NCBI GenBank assembly: GCA_963663895.2
Contig: CAXXRD010000001.1
Location: 640,001 to 704,000, forward strand
DNA: 64,000 nucleotides
DNA from: Dehalococcoidia bacterium
GTDB lineage: Bacteria > Chloroflexota > Dehalococcoidia > Bin125
Direction of reading: 5' to 3'
The notes beneath the pieces are model-generated. The model was given only the letters and a program-made list of their open reading frames with translations. It did not search any database and was not told where the DNA came from. A program made the position numbers and the translations under genes. Position 1 is the first letter of the stretch; every line of letters begins with the position of its first letter. Below are positions 8,391 through 17,861 of this stretch, in pieces.

Positions 8391-10274
8391 CTAGGAGGTG
8401 AAGAAGACCTCCCCGTAATCGATCTGGTTGTCCGTGCGGTGGTAGTAACCACTCAGGTTGTCGCGCCAGATCCAGGACGGGTCGGTCCAACACATCCAGG
8501 CCATCGGCGCGTCCTCGGCAACGATGCGCTGCGCCTCCGCGAAGTGGCCGAAGGCCTCCTCGGAGAGATCGTCGCCCACGTTGACGCCGGCCTCCAGCGC
8601 CTGCCAGAACTCCGCCGACTGGGCGCGGCCCTTGTGCCATCCGGCCCAGTTGAGGATGGAGTCCGGGGTGAAGAAGAGACCGAGGTAGTACGGAATCGTC
8701 TGCACGATCGCGTAGTCCCTGGTCATGAACCCCGGCAGCCCCTCGTCACCGATGGAGCGGTTCTCGTTGGACTCGGAGGGCGTCAGGCCCTTGAGCTGCA
8801 CGTCGATGCCCGCCGCCGCGGCGGACTCCTTCATGAGGATGACCGCCTCCTCCTGGTCGGGGAAGGCGAGCTCGAAGCCCATCTCGAAGCTGAAACCATC
8901 CGCAAGGCCGGCCTCGGCCAGCAGCGCGCGGGCCCCGTCGATGTCCGTCTTGACGTATGGCTCGAACAGGTCGGGGCGCGACCCGGGGATCGGGTCCCAA
9001 ACCATCCCGAACTGCCGGCGAGCGCGGCCTTGGTAGACCGTGTTGATGACCTCGTCGTAGGGGATCGTCTGCAGGAAGGCCTGCCGGACGCGAACGTCGT
9101 CGAACGGCTGCACGCCGAAGTTCATCGTCGCCCACAGGCTGAGGTCCGTGAAGGCGTCCGGCACGAAGATGCCCTCACTGGCCGCCGCGTCGACCTGCTC
9201 GCGAGCGAGCATCTGACGCGCGATGTGCACGTCGCCGCGCTTCACCAGCGAGAGACGCGTCGAGGTTTCCGGCACTACGCGCCAGATCATGCGCTCCGGC
9301 CGGTTGGGGTTACCGCCCACCCAGTGCTCGTTGCGCAGCCACAGGGCCTGCTGGCCCTGGGTGAAGCTGTCCACGTAGTAGGGGCCGTGGCCATGGGCGT
9401 TATTAACGGCCCACTCAGCGGCCCACGGGTCGGCCTCCGTCGAGTTCTCCATCAGCCGCCTGGAGTCGACGATGGAGCCGCCGTGGTTGTTGGCGATCGC
9501 GTGCTCGAACGTCGTGAACGGCTGCGGCAGTTGGAACTGGACCGTGTAGTCATCGATCCGCCGAACCTGACTATCGATGTCGAAATCATCCCGATTCCGG
9601 TAGAGACCGAGGGCGAAGTCCTGGACGAAGGCTCCGATCAGATTCAGATGGAACTTGCGATCCTGCGTGTAGACCACATCGTCCGCCGTGAGCTCGTTGC
9701 CCCAGGGACTCATGACCCCTTCCCGCAGCTTGAAGGTATAGGTCATGCGGTCGTCGCTGCGTTCCCAATCCTCAGCGAGCATCATCTGGAAGTCGTCGCG
9801 CTGGCCGCCCACCGACTGCTGCAGGTAATCGCCGTCAAAGACCGTGGGCTTGATGGCGTAGCGCATCAGCTGGGCATGCTCGTTGACCGAGGCTTCCTGG
9901 CTCTCGTTCACCGAGGCCAGTTCCTGGTCCAAGGTGGTCCAGAGGGTCGCCTGCGCGACGATCAGGTCCCGCTCGACATCTGCTGGCTCCGGGGCAGGAG
10001 CCGGCGCCTCGTCCGGCATCTGCTCCGCCGGCATCTGTTCGTCCGGCATCTGCTCCGCCGGGGCTTGAGCAGCTGGCGCCTGAGCGGCCGGGGCCTGCGC
10101 GGCCGGGGCTTGCGCGGCGGCTGGCGCATCATCGTCGTCGTCGCCACAGCCCACGATTCCGATGGCGACCGCGCCGAGCCCGGCGCCTCCCATGCTGGCC
10201 ATAACTTTGCGACGAGAGACGCGGCGGTCGGCCCACCACCTCTTCGTCGTCTTCGGACTCTTCTTGATGTACAT
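8391..10274 (-). CDS. ABC transporter family-5 substrate-binding Tat-lipoprotein
   Basis: SRRKVM twin-arginine motif, lipobox IVGC, AAQAP linker, YTFKLREGV..GNELTADDV, DVRVRQAF; AGGAGG upstream of ATG 10274. Confidence 0.9.
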   Translation of the reverse strand: MYIKKSPKTTKRWWADRRVSRRKVMASMGGAGLGAVAIGIVGCGDDDDDAPAAAQAPAAQAPAAQAPAAQAPAEQMPDEQMPAEQMPDEAPAPAPEPADVERDLIVAQATLWTTLDQELASVNESQEASVNEHAQLMRYAIKPTVFDGDYLQQSVGGQRDDFQMMLAEDWERSDDRMTYTFKLREGVMSPWGNELTADDVVYTQDRKFHLNLIGAFVQDFALGLYRNRDDFDIDSQVRRIDDYTVQFQLPQPFTTFEHAIANNHGGSIVDSRRLMENSTEADPWAAEWAVNNAHGHGPYYVDSFTQGQQALWLRNEHWVGGNPNRPERMIWRVVPETSTRLSLVKRGDVHIARQMLAREQVDAAASEGIFVPDAFTDLSLWATMNFGVQPFDDVRVRQAFLQTIPYDEVINTVYQGRARRQFGMVWDPIPGSRPDLFEPYVKTDIDGARALLAEAGLADGFSFEMGFELAFPDQEEAVILMKESAAAAGIDVQLKGLTPSESNENRSIGDEGLPGFMTRDYAIVQTIPYYLGLFFTPDSILNWAGWHKGRAQSAEFWQALEAGVNVGDDLSEEAFGHFAEAQRIVAEDAPMAWMCWTDPSWIWRDNLSGYYHRTDNQIDYGEVFFTS

Positions 10275-10564
10275 GCTCTTTCGCTTCCTCCTACTTGCTA
10301 GACGACCTGCGTCGCGTCGCTCCACCGGGAACGAAGTCCCGGCCCTAGCTTGTGTGGAGCGTACATTACTCGATACAGCCTTAGATCAAGTGACTCGCAC
10401 CGCACCTCCTTGGCATCTTTCAGAATTATGTCCCTAAGGCGCGCTGCCGCGCCCTGGAAAGGTCGCAGTGTCGCCGATCGAGGCGCGTCAGTCCAGCCCG
10501 CGCACCGCGCGCGGATTTAGTGACACAATGGGCCCAAAGCTGCCTAGCGTGAGAGGAAGGTGCC

Positions 10565-11125
10565 ATGCCCCTGACCCGTGTCCCGCACGAAGCGTTGGCC
10601 GAGGACTATCGCGCCATGGTCGAGGAATGCATCGATCAGGCCGGCGACGCCCGTTTCCTGGAGATCGGCGCCAATGCGCCGCACATGATGCAATTCTACT
10701 TCGGCGAGTTCTACGAGAAGATCTTCTTCGCGGGCGTCGCTCCCGTCCCGATCAAGGAGCTCGCGCGGCTTCGCCTTTCCACCCTGCACGGCTGTGCGTT
10801 GTGAAACAAGGTCAATACCGTCTCGGCGAGACGGCACGGTATCACCGACGCGCAGATCGCGAGCTTGGACGACTTTGAGAACGGGCCCTTCGATGAGCGG
10901 GAGAAGGCTGCCCTGCGACTGGCGACGGTCATGGCATGGACCGCGCCGCGCGGCTACGTGGACGATATCCTGGAAGCGCAGTTGCGCGAGTATTTCTCGG
11001 ACGCCCAGATCGTCGAGCTGGGAATGGTCTGCGCCCAACTGGTCGGGATGGCGAAGCTTCTGTTCGTTTTCGACTGGGCGGATAAGGAAGATTACTGCCC
11101 ACTGGCGCCGCTCCCAGAAGCATAG
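10565..11125 (+). CDS. AhpD/carboxymuconolactone-decarboxylase family protein, probable selenoprotein (CxxU; TGA at 10802-10804)
   Basis: ORFs 10565-10804 and 10865-11125 are in the same frame, separated only by one TGA. Read-through gives KELARLRLSTLHGCAL-U-NKVN...FDEREKAAL...YFSDAQIVELG, a complete 186-aa AhpD-like protein. Confidence 0.85.
10810..10846 (+). promoter_or_regulatory. Putative bacterial SECIS element
   Basis: CCGTCTC-GGC-GAGACGG perfect stem (10818-10834), G-containing loop about 21 nt after the UGA; alternative lower stem ATACCG/CGGTAT. Confidence 0.65.
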
Positions 11126-11222
11126 GCCCCGCGCTGTCGGCATCCACCGCATCAGCGGCGATTCGCTGGCAGGCGGCTGCCTTCCGGCCGACATGATCCG
11201 TCCGTCTATATACTGAGTCCCC

Positions 11223-13010
11223 ATGCCACACGCACCTGCCGACGACACTGCGGGCATCGATCCCGTCACGTTCGAAGTGGTCCGCAACGCCTTCGTCTCG
11301 ATCTGCAACGAGATGGCGCTGGTGGTCGCCAAGACCGCCTACTCCACCCCCGTCAACGAGGGCCGCGACTTCGCCAGCGGCATCTACGATCACGAGGGCA
11401 AGCTGATCTCCCAAGGCGAGTTCGACTTGCCCGCTTTCGTGGGGCTCACGCATCTCACGGTGCCGGAAGTGATCCGAGCGATCGGGCGGGAAAACATGCG
11501 GCTCGACGACATCTACATGATCAACGACCCCTACGTGGCCAGTACGCATTGCAACGACATTCACTTCGTGAAGCCGGTGTTCATCGACGGGAAGCTGGTG
11601 GCGTTCGTCTCGGCCACCGCGCACTGGTCGGACGTGGGAGGCATCGCTCCCGGATCGCTGATCTGCGCGGCGCGGACGCACTTCGAGGAAGGCGTGCGCA
11701 TTCCGGCGGTCACGATTTATGAGCAGGGGGTCCTAAACGAGGACATCCTCTCCCTGCTCCTCTCCAATATGCGCCAGTCCTGGGAGCGTCTGGGCGACTT
11801 CAACGCGCAAGTGGCGGCCGTGCGGGCGGGCGAGGCGCGCTTCCACGCGCTGGTGGACCGGCACGGGTTGGACGTCGTGCGCGGGACGATGGCGGAGGTG
11901 CAGGACTATTCCGAACGGATGGTCCGGGCCGCCTTCGCCAGCCTTCCGGACGGCAGCTATTACGGAGAGGACCGCTGCGATCAGGACATTTTCACCGGAG
12001 AGCCCAAAGCGATGCGGCTCACGCTCACGATCCGCGGCGACCAGGCGGTCTTCGACCTGACCGAGAGCGACGGCCCAGCGGAGTGCAGCATCAACTGCAC
12101 GATCGCGGCGACCACGTCGGCGCTCTTCATCGCCTTGGCGTCCATCCTGCCGCCCATGCCGATCAACAGCGGCGTGATGCGCGCGATCGAGATCAAGGCC
12201 ACGCGCGGATCGCTCGCCTGGGCAGAGCCCCCGTCGGGAATCTCGGGGCTGCCCGCCACCACCATGGACACGGTGACGAGCTGCGTGACGCAGGCGCTCA
12301 GCCAAGCGTTGCCCGAGCGCGGCGTCGGCGCCGCCTACAGCATCCTGAATTGCGTCTTCTCCGGTTTCGACGAACGGCCCGAGTTCCTGTCGCCTTTCAT
12401 CAACTACGTATGGGGCTTTGGCGGCATGGGAGCGACTGCGAGCAAGGATGGGACCGCGGCAGCGGCCGCCCCCTACGGCGGCAGTATTCAGACCATCCCC
12501 TGCGAGCTGCAGGAGCGCCGCTATCCCGTCCTCTGGCGCCGCCATCAGCTCCTCCCCAGCTCGGGTGGACCCGGCGCCACCCGCGGCGGCTTGGCGCTCG
12601 ACGAGCTGGTGGAGTTTCCCTTCCAGTCCGGCGTCGTCTCGTGCATCGGGGCGCGCGAGCGCTTTGGCGCACCCGGCCTCTTTGGCGCGGGCGACGGCGC
12701 GACGGCGGGTTTGATCATCAACCGGGGGACCGAGTCGGAACGCAACCTGGGGGTGATGGCGCTTCACCAACCCGTCAGCGCCAACGAGGTCATGTCGTTG
12801 TGGTCGGGCGGGGGAGGCGGCTACGGCGACCCGCTGGACCGGCCGCTGGAACGGGTCCTGGACGACGTCAAGGACGAGTACATCTCGATCGAGGGCGCAC
12901 GCGCCCAGTACGGCGCGGTCATCCGTGAGGTCGACCGCCGCACACTCGCCTTCGAGATCGATGTGGCAGCGAGCGAGCGGCTGCGGTCCGAGCGACGCGC
13001 CGCCCGTTAG
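11223..13010 (+). CDS. Hydantoinase B/5-oxoprolinase family protein
   Basis: DPVTFEVVRN, NDPY..THCND, HWSDVGG, GGGGGYGDPLDR. Confidence 0.92.
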   Translation: MPHAPADDTAGIDPVTFEVVRNAFVSICNEMALVVAKTAYSTPVNEGRDFASGIYDHEGKLISQGEFDLPAFVGLTHLTVPEVIRAIGRENMRLDDIYMINDPYVASTHCNDIHFVKPVFIDGKLVAFVSATAHWSDVGGIAPGSLICAARTHFEEGVRIPAVTIYEQGVLNEDILSLLLSNMRQSWERLGDFNAQVAAVRAGEARFHALVDRHGLDVVRGTMAEVQDYSERMVRAAFASLPDGSYYGEDRCDQDIFTGEPKAMRLTLTIRGDQAVFDLTESDGPAECSINCTIAATTSALFIALASILPPMPINSGVMRAIEIKATRGSLAWAEPPSGISGLPATTMDTVTSCVTQALSQALPERGVGAAYSILNCVFSGFDERPEFLSPFINYVWGFGGMGATASKDGTAAAAAPYGGSIQTIPCELQERRYPVLWRRHQLLPSSGGPGATRGGLALDELVEFPFQSGVVSCIGARERFGAPGLFGAGDGATAGLIINRGTESERNLGVMALHQPVSANEVMSLWSGGGGGYGDPLDRPLERVLDDVKDEYISIEGARAQYGAVIREVDRRTLAFEIDVAASERLRSERRAAR

Positions 13011-13023
13011 CGGGGCTGCGGCC

Positions 13024-13929
13024 CTAGCGCGCCTGGACCCACTCGCCGATACGCTCGATCGCTTGCTGTCCCTCCGGCAGCATCCCCGCGAACTGCTGCC
13101 ACACATGCACCATCTCCGGCCACTCCTCCAGCGTCACATTGACGCCGGCCGCTCGAGCACGCTCAGCGACGCGGGTCGTGTCCGCGAGGATGATCTCATG
13201 ATCGCCGACCTGCATCAGCAGCGGCGGCAGTCCCGCCAGCTCCGCATACACCGGTGAAGCGAGGGGGGTTTGGGCGGGAGCGCCGCCAAGGTACAGCCCG
13301 GCCATTCGCTTGAGGCCGGCCTCCCCGATCATCGGATCGACATCTTTCCGCGTTTGGAGGGTCTCCCCGCTGACCGCCATGTCGCTCCAGGCGGAGAGGG
13401 TGACCGCGGCGTCGGGAAGAGGAATCCCAGTGTCGCGGGCTTGCACGAGCGCGGCGAGGGTGAGACCCCCTCCGGCCGAATCGCCCGCCACCAACGTCTT
13501 GCCGGCAGGTTTGGGGCCGTCAGGCCCGTTGTCGTGCATCCAGCGGAGAGCAGCGACCGCATCGTCGACGGCAGCCGGGTAGGGATGCTCGGGCGCGAGG
13601 CGATAGTCCAGGAAGAGCGCTGCGTAGCCGGTCGCGGCAGCGATCCGCGCAACGAGATCGCGGTGCGTGTCCAGCGATCCAATGACGTAGCCCCCCCCGT
13701 GCAGGTAGAGCAGCCGCTTGTCGGGATCGGAGTTCGGCGCCTGGACCCATTCCGCCGGAATTCCCTCTGCCTTGGTCGCAGCGGTCCGCGTTCCTTCGGG
13801 CGGGGGCATCCCGTTACTGTTCAGGAGCAAGCGCAAGGCATCGTACGTCTTCGCCTCCATGTGCTCGTCGATGATGCTGGCGAGCTTACCCGCCATCCCA
13901 CGGACCTTCTCAAGCTGTTCGGATGCCAC
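13024..13929 (-). CDS. Alpha/beta hydrolase, HSL/Aes-family esterase
   Basis: HGGGY, DYRLAPEHPYPAA, GDSAGG, MVHVW. Confidence 0.93.
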   Translation of the reverse strand: MASEQLEKVRGMAGKLASIIDEHMEAKTYDALRLLLNSNGMPPPEGTRTAATKAEGIPAEWVQAPNSDPDKRLLYLHGGGYVIGSLDTHRDLVARIAAATGYAALFLDYRLAPEHPYPAAVDDAVAALRWMHDNGPDGPKPAGKTLVAGDSAGGGLTLAALVQARDTGIPLPDAAVTLSAWSDMAVSGETLQTRKDVDPMIGEAGLKRMAGLYLGGAPAQTPLASPVYAELAGLPPLLMQVGDHEIILADTTRVAERARAAGVNVTLEEWPEMVHVWQQFAGMLPEGQQAIERIGEWVQAR

Positions 13930-14135
13930 CGGTGCTCCTCCTCATTAGCTATCACTGCTCTTAGTGCCACTTGAACCAGCGCTTGCCGAAAAATCGCTAC
14001 GCAGCGTTCTGTCGCAGGTTCTACCACGGCAGCGGCCCTCGCGCGAAGGCTCGAAGCCAACAGCCCCTGTATCATCCTGCAGCAGAAGGACGCGCCGGGT
14101 GGGTCGGCGCGCACGGTACGGTGACAGGAGACGGG

Positions 14136-15743
14136 ATGGGAACGACGGCGCGGCGCAGCATTTGGGCCTGGGGGTTGGAATCCGAAGAGCCGAGCGAGGC
14201 CGACCGGAAGGCGGAAGCCAAACGGATGGCGGAGGAGTATGGCACCGTGGTCGACCCGCCCCCGCTGCCCACCATCGATCGCGTGGACATTGGGGCGCCC
14301 CGGATCCAGGCGCCGGACGCCCTCGCCACGATCTGCGCCAACGACAAGCACGACCGCGCCGCCCATGCCTACGGACGCTCCTATCCCGACAAGCTGCGCG
14401 CTTTCCAGGGCGACTTTCGCAACGCCCCGGACCTCGTCGCCTACCCGAGCAGCGAGGAGGAGGTCAGCGCCGTTCTCGAATGGTGCTCCGACAACGGGTA
14501 CGCGGCGATCCCCTACGGCGGAGGATCGTCCGTGGTCGACGGCGTGAATCCGCCCGAGGGCTACGACGGCATCGTGACGATCGATCTGACGAGGTTGGAC
14601 CAGGTACTGGAGATCGATGAATCGTCGCGCGCGGCGCGCATCCAGGCGGGCGTTTTGGGCCCGGCCCTGGAGGCGCAGTTGAAGCCGCACGGGTACACGC
14701 TGCGCCATTTCCCGCAGTCGTTCGAGTTCTCCTCCCTGGGTGGCTGGATCGTGACCCGTTCCGGAGGGCATTACGCCACCAACCACACGCACATCGACGA
14801 GTTCGTGGAGTCGGTACGGATGGTCACACCGCGGGGCATCTGGGAATCCAGGCGGCTCCCCGGGAGCGGAGCCGGCCCGAGTCCGGACCGCCTCGTCATC
14901 GGCAGCGAGGGCATTCTCGGGATCGTGACGGAAGCGTGGATGCGGATTCAGAAGCGGCCCCGCTTTCGGGCATCCGCCGGCGTCCGCTTCCCCGACTGGG
15001 CTTCGGGCTTCGAAGGAACCCGCCAGGTCGTCCAAGCGAAGCTCTGGCCAGCCAATCTGCGGCTCTTGGACCCAGCCGAAGCGCAGAAGGGCTCCGGGTT
15101 GGATGGGAAGCAGTCGCTGCTGATCATCGGTTTCGAATCAGCGGAGGTGCCGCAGGGCGCCTTCATCCAGGAAGCCGTCCAGATCGCCCGCGCGGCCGGC
15201 GGGCAGATCGACGACGAAGCGATCGTCGTCGACGACGGCACGGGGAACCCCACGGGGCGCGGCGGGAACGTCGGCGCCTGGCGGGATTGGTTCATCCGCG
15301 CCCCCTATGCCAAGAACACCCAGGTTGGGCTGGGGCTGATCGCCGACACCTTCGAAACCGCGATCACGTGGGACCGCTTCCCCGAGTTCGATGCGGCGGT
15401 GCGGACCGCCATGACGGACATCTTGCAGCGGGTCTGCGGCGGGGGAGAGATCGCGTGCCGCTTCACCCACGTCTACCCGGACGGACCCGCGCCGTATTAC
15501 ACCTACGCCGGGTTTGGCACGCCGGGGGCGGAGTTGGAGCAGTGGAACATGATCAAGGCGGCCGGCTCGGACGCCGTCATGAACGCCGGCGGGACCATTA
15601 CGCACCATCACGCCGTTGGCCGGATGCACCGTCCTTGGTACGACGGTCAGCGACCGGATCTCTTCGCGGGAGCGCTGCGCGAAGCCAAGCGCTCCCTGGA
15701 TCCCAACGGCGTCCTAAATCCAGGCGTTCTGATCGACCCGTAG
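14136..15743 (+). CDS. FAD-binding oxidoreductase, alkyl-DHAP synthase-like
   Basis: PYGGGSSVV, LRHFPQSFEFSSLGGW, GSEGILG, THHHAVG, LDPNGVLNPG. Confidence 0.9.
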   Translation: MGTTARRSIWAWGLESEEPSEADRKAEAKRMAEEYGTVVDPPPLPTIDRVDIGAPRIQAPDALATICANDKHDRAAHAYGRSYPDKLRAFQGDFRNAPDLVAYPSSEEEVSAVLEWCSDNGYAAIPYGGGSSVVDGVNPPEGYDGIVTIDLTRLDQVLEIDESSRAARIQAGVLGPALEAQLKPHGYTLRHFPQSFEFSSLGGWIVTRSGGHYATNHTHIDEFVESVRMVTPRGIWESRRLPGSGAGPSPDRLVIGSEGILGIVTEAWMRIQKRPRFRASAGVRFPDWASGFEGTRQVVQAKLWPANLRLLDPAEAQKGSGLDGKQSLLIIGFESAEVPQGAFIQEAVQIARAAGGQIDDEAIVVDDGTGNPTGRGGNVGAWRDWFIRAPYAKNTQVGLGLIADTFETAITWDRFPEFDAAVRTAMTDILQRVCGGGEIACRFTHVYPDGPAPYYTYAGFGTPGAELEQWNMIKAAGSDAVMNAGGTITHHHAVGRMHRPWYDGQRPDLFAGALREAKRSLDPNGVLNPGVLIDP

Positions 15744-15876
15744 CGCAACGGTGTCGGCCTGGAGTGAAAGATGTTGCGCGCGCCCTAGTGCGGGCTGGGC
15801 TTGAATGCTACGGTGAGCCGGGAATCGCGAGGCCGTACGCCGCTCCGCTGAGCGTTACGCCTACTACGACAAGCTT

Positions 15877-17283
15877 TTGGGTCTGTTTCACCGCTTCTTC
15901 AGTCACCCGACCGAACCCGTAGCGACCGTTGCTCCGGCCGCCGCGCCGCGCCGTGCATCCACGGCGGACGTCCCCCCGCCCGCGGGCGAGCAGCGCTCGG
16001 GCAACGGCGCCTCCCGATCACGACGGCGACGGCGGCGCAGCGGTAGACGGTCCCATTCACAGCGCGAGCCCGATCGCTCGCGTGCCGCGGCCGTCCAGGC
16101 GCTCAGCTCGGGCGGGTACCGCCTGCCCGCACTCGAGGAGCTCGACCGCATCGACCGCGCGCAATATCCACCCGACTTCGAAGCGCTGGGCCTCGGCGAT
16201 CGTTCGTTGGCAACCGTGACCGCTCTCGGCTTCAACGTGCCCACGCCGATCCAGCGCGAGACCATTCCGGTGCTCCTCTCCGGCGCGGATGTCGTCGGGC
16301 AGGCGCAGACCGGTACGGGGAAGACGCTGGCCTTCGGATTGCCCCTCGTCGAGCGGCTCGACCGGGACTCGGCCAAAGTGCAGGGCATCGTGCTCGTCCC
16401 GACGCGCGAACTCGCGGATCAGGTCTTCAGCGTCCTGGACTTCCTGGCGACAGCCGCCGGCTTGCAGGCGATCGCCCTCATGGGCGGGCGCCGGCTGGAC
16501 CAAGACTTTGCCAAGCTCGCCGCGCAGCCGCAGATCGTCGTCGGGACGCCAGGCCGCGTGATCGACCATCTCGAGCGCCGCACGCTGGACCTGAGCGGCG
16601 TGCGCGTCGCCGTCCTGGACGAAGCCGACCGCATGCTCGACATCGGCTTCGAGCCGGATATCCGCCGGATCCTCAATCGCTCTCCCCGCAACCGTCAGAC
16701 GGCACTGTATTCCGCCACCATCCCCACCACGATCAAGACGCTGATCTGGAGATACATGCGCGACCCCCAGCACGTCCACACGGAGACAGAGCGCACCATC
16801 CCCCTCATCCGCCAGCGGTACTACGAAGTCGCCGAGCGGGACAAGCTCGACGCGCTCATGGAGCTGTTCCCCGAGATGCGCGGGCGGACGCTGATCTTCT
16901 GCAATATGAAGGTCACCGTTGATCGGCTGGTGCGCCGACTCCAGAGCGAGGGCGTCCCCGCCGAAGCGATTCACGGGGACATGGACCAGCGCAAGCGCGA
17001 CCGGGTCATGCGGCGCTTCCGCGCTGGCGAATTGCAGATTCTCGTCGCGACGAACGTCGCTGCGCGCGGCCTGGACATCGAAGACGTCAAGCACGTCGTG
17101 AATTTCGACGCCCCGCACACCGCGGAAGACTATATCCACCGCGTCGGGCGCACAGGCCGCGCGGGGCGCGACGGCAGCGCCACCATCTTCGTGGCAGAGT
17201 GGGATTTGGAAACGTTCGAGTCGATTCGGAAGGCAGCGGGTCCCGCGCTCGAGCGGGGGCAGCTCGCCCTCTACGCCAACTGA
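15877..17283 (+). CDS. DEAD-box RNA helicase with Arg-rich N-terminal extension
   Basis: PTPIQ, AQTGTGKT, PTREL, TPGR, DEADRM, SAT, ARGLD, HRVGRTGRAG; start position uncertain. Confidence 0.93.
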   Translation: MGLFHRFFSHPTEPVATVAPAAAPRRASTADVPPPAGEQRSGNGASRSRRRRRRSGRRSHSQREPDRSRAAAVQALSSGGYRLPALEELDRIDRAQYPPDFEALGLGDRSLATVTALGFNVPTPIQRETIPVLLSGADVVGQAQTGTGKTLAFGLPLVERLDRDSAKVQGIVLVPTRELADQVFSVLDFLATAAGLQAIALMGGRRLDQDFAKLAAQPQIVVGTPGRVIDHLERRTLDLSGVRVAVLDEADRMLDIGFEPDIRRILNRSPRNRQTALYSATIPTTIKTLIWRYMRDPQHVHTETERTIPLIRQRYYEVAERDKLDALMELFPEMRGRTLIFCNMKVTVDRLVRRLQSEGVPAEAIHGDMDQRKRDRVMRRFRAGELQILVATNVAARGLDIEDVKHVVNFDAPHTAEDYIHRVGRTGRAGRDGSATIFVAEWDLETFESIRKAAGPALERGQLALYAN

Positions 17284-17419
17284 GTGGAACGTATCGTGAT
17301 CAAGGAGGGGATCGCCCGAGAAGCAGGTTTAGCAACAAGATGAGCTACGATGATTTGGCACGAGAGCCCCGATCGGGCTAGCAGCCGGTAGCCCGGCTCG
17401 GAGGATTACGCAGTAACCC

Positions 17420-17704
17420 ATGAGAATTTACGTCGGCAATTTGCCGTTTTCCTCAGGCGAGGAAGACGTGCGTCAACTCTTCGCTACCTACGGCAACGTG
17501 GTTTCGGTGGGGCTTCCCACGGACCGCGAAACAGGACGGCCGCGCGGCTTCGGCTTCGTCGAAATGTCGAATGAGGATGCCCAGAAGGCGATCGAGGCCT
17601 TGGACGGGCAGACCTTCGGCGGACGCACCCTGCGGGTCAACGAAGCCCGGCCCCGCGGGGACCGCGGCGATCGCGGCGACCGTGGCGGCGGCGGGCGCTG
17701 GTAG
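17420..17704 (+). CDS. RRM-domain RNA-binding protein with Gly/Arg-rich tail
   Basis: RNP2 IYVGNL, RNP1 RGFGFVEM, GGRTLRVNEARPR. Confidence 0.95.
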   Translation: MRIYVGNLPFSSGEEDVRQLFATYGNVVSVGLPTDRETGRPRGFGFVEMSNEDAQKAIEALDGQTFGGRTLRVNEARPRGDRGDRGDRGGGGRW

Positions 17705-17861
17705 GCGTCTCGAACACACACGACGAAGCCCGGCGCCGTCCGGGATCGTTCGCCGGCGACGGGGTCCGCCGATAGCGGCCGCCGCCGCCGTGTGACCGGA
17801 TCCAAATCCGCGCCCGTGGAATCGGGCGACCGCCAAGCGAGATTCCACGATCGCGCCGCGG

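Noticed and set aside
10565-11125. Pseudogene interpretation of the split AhpD-like ORF
   Set aside because: The stop sits precisely at a redox Cys position, is followed by a SECIS-like hairpin, and there are no other lesions
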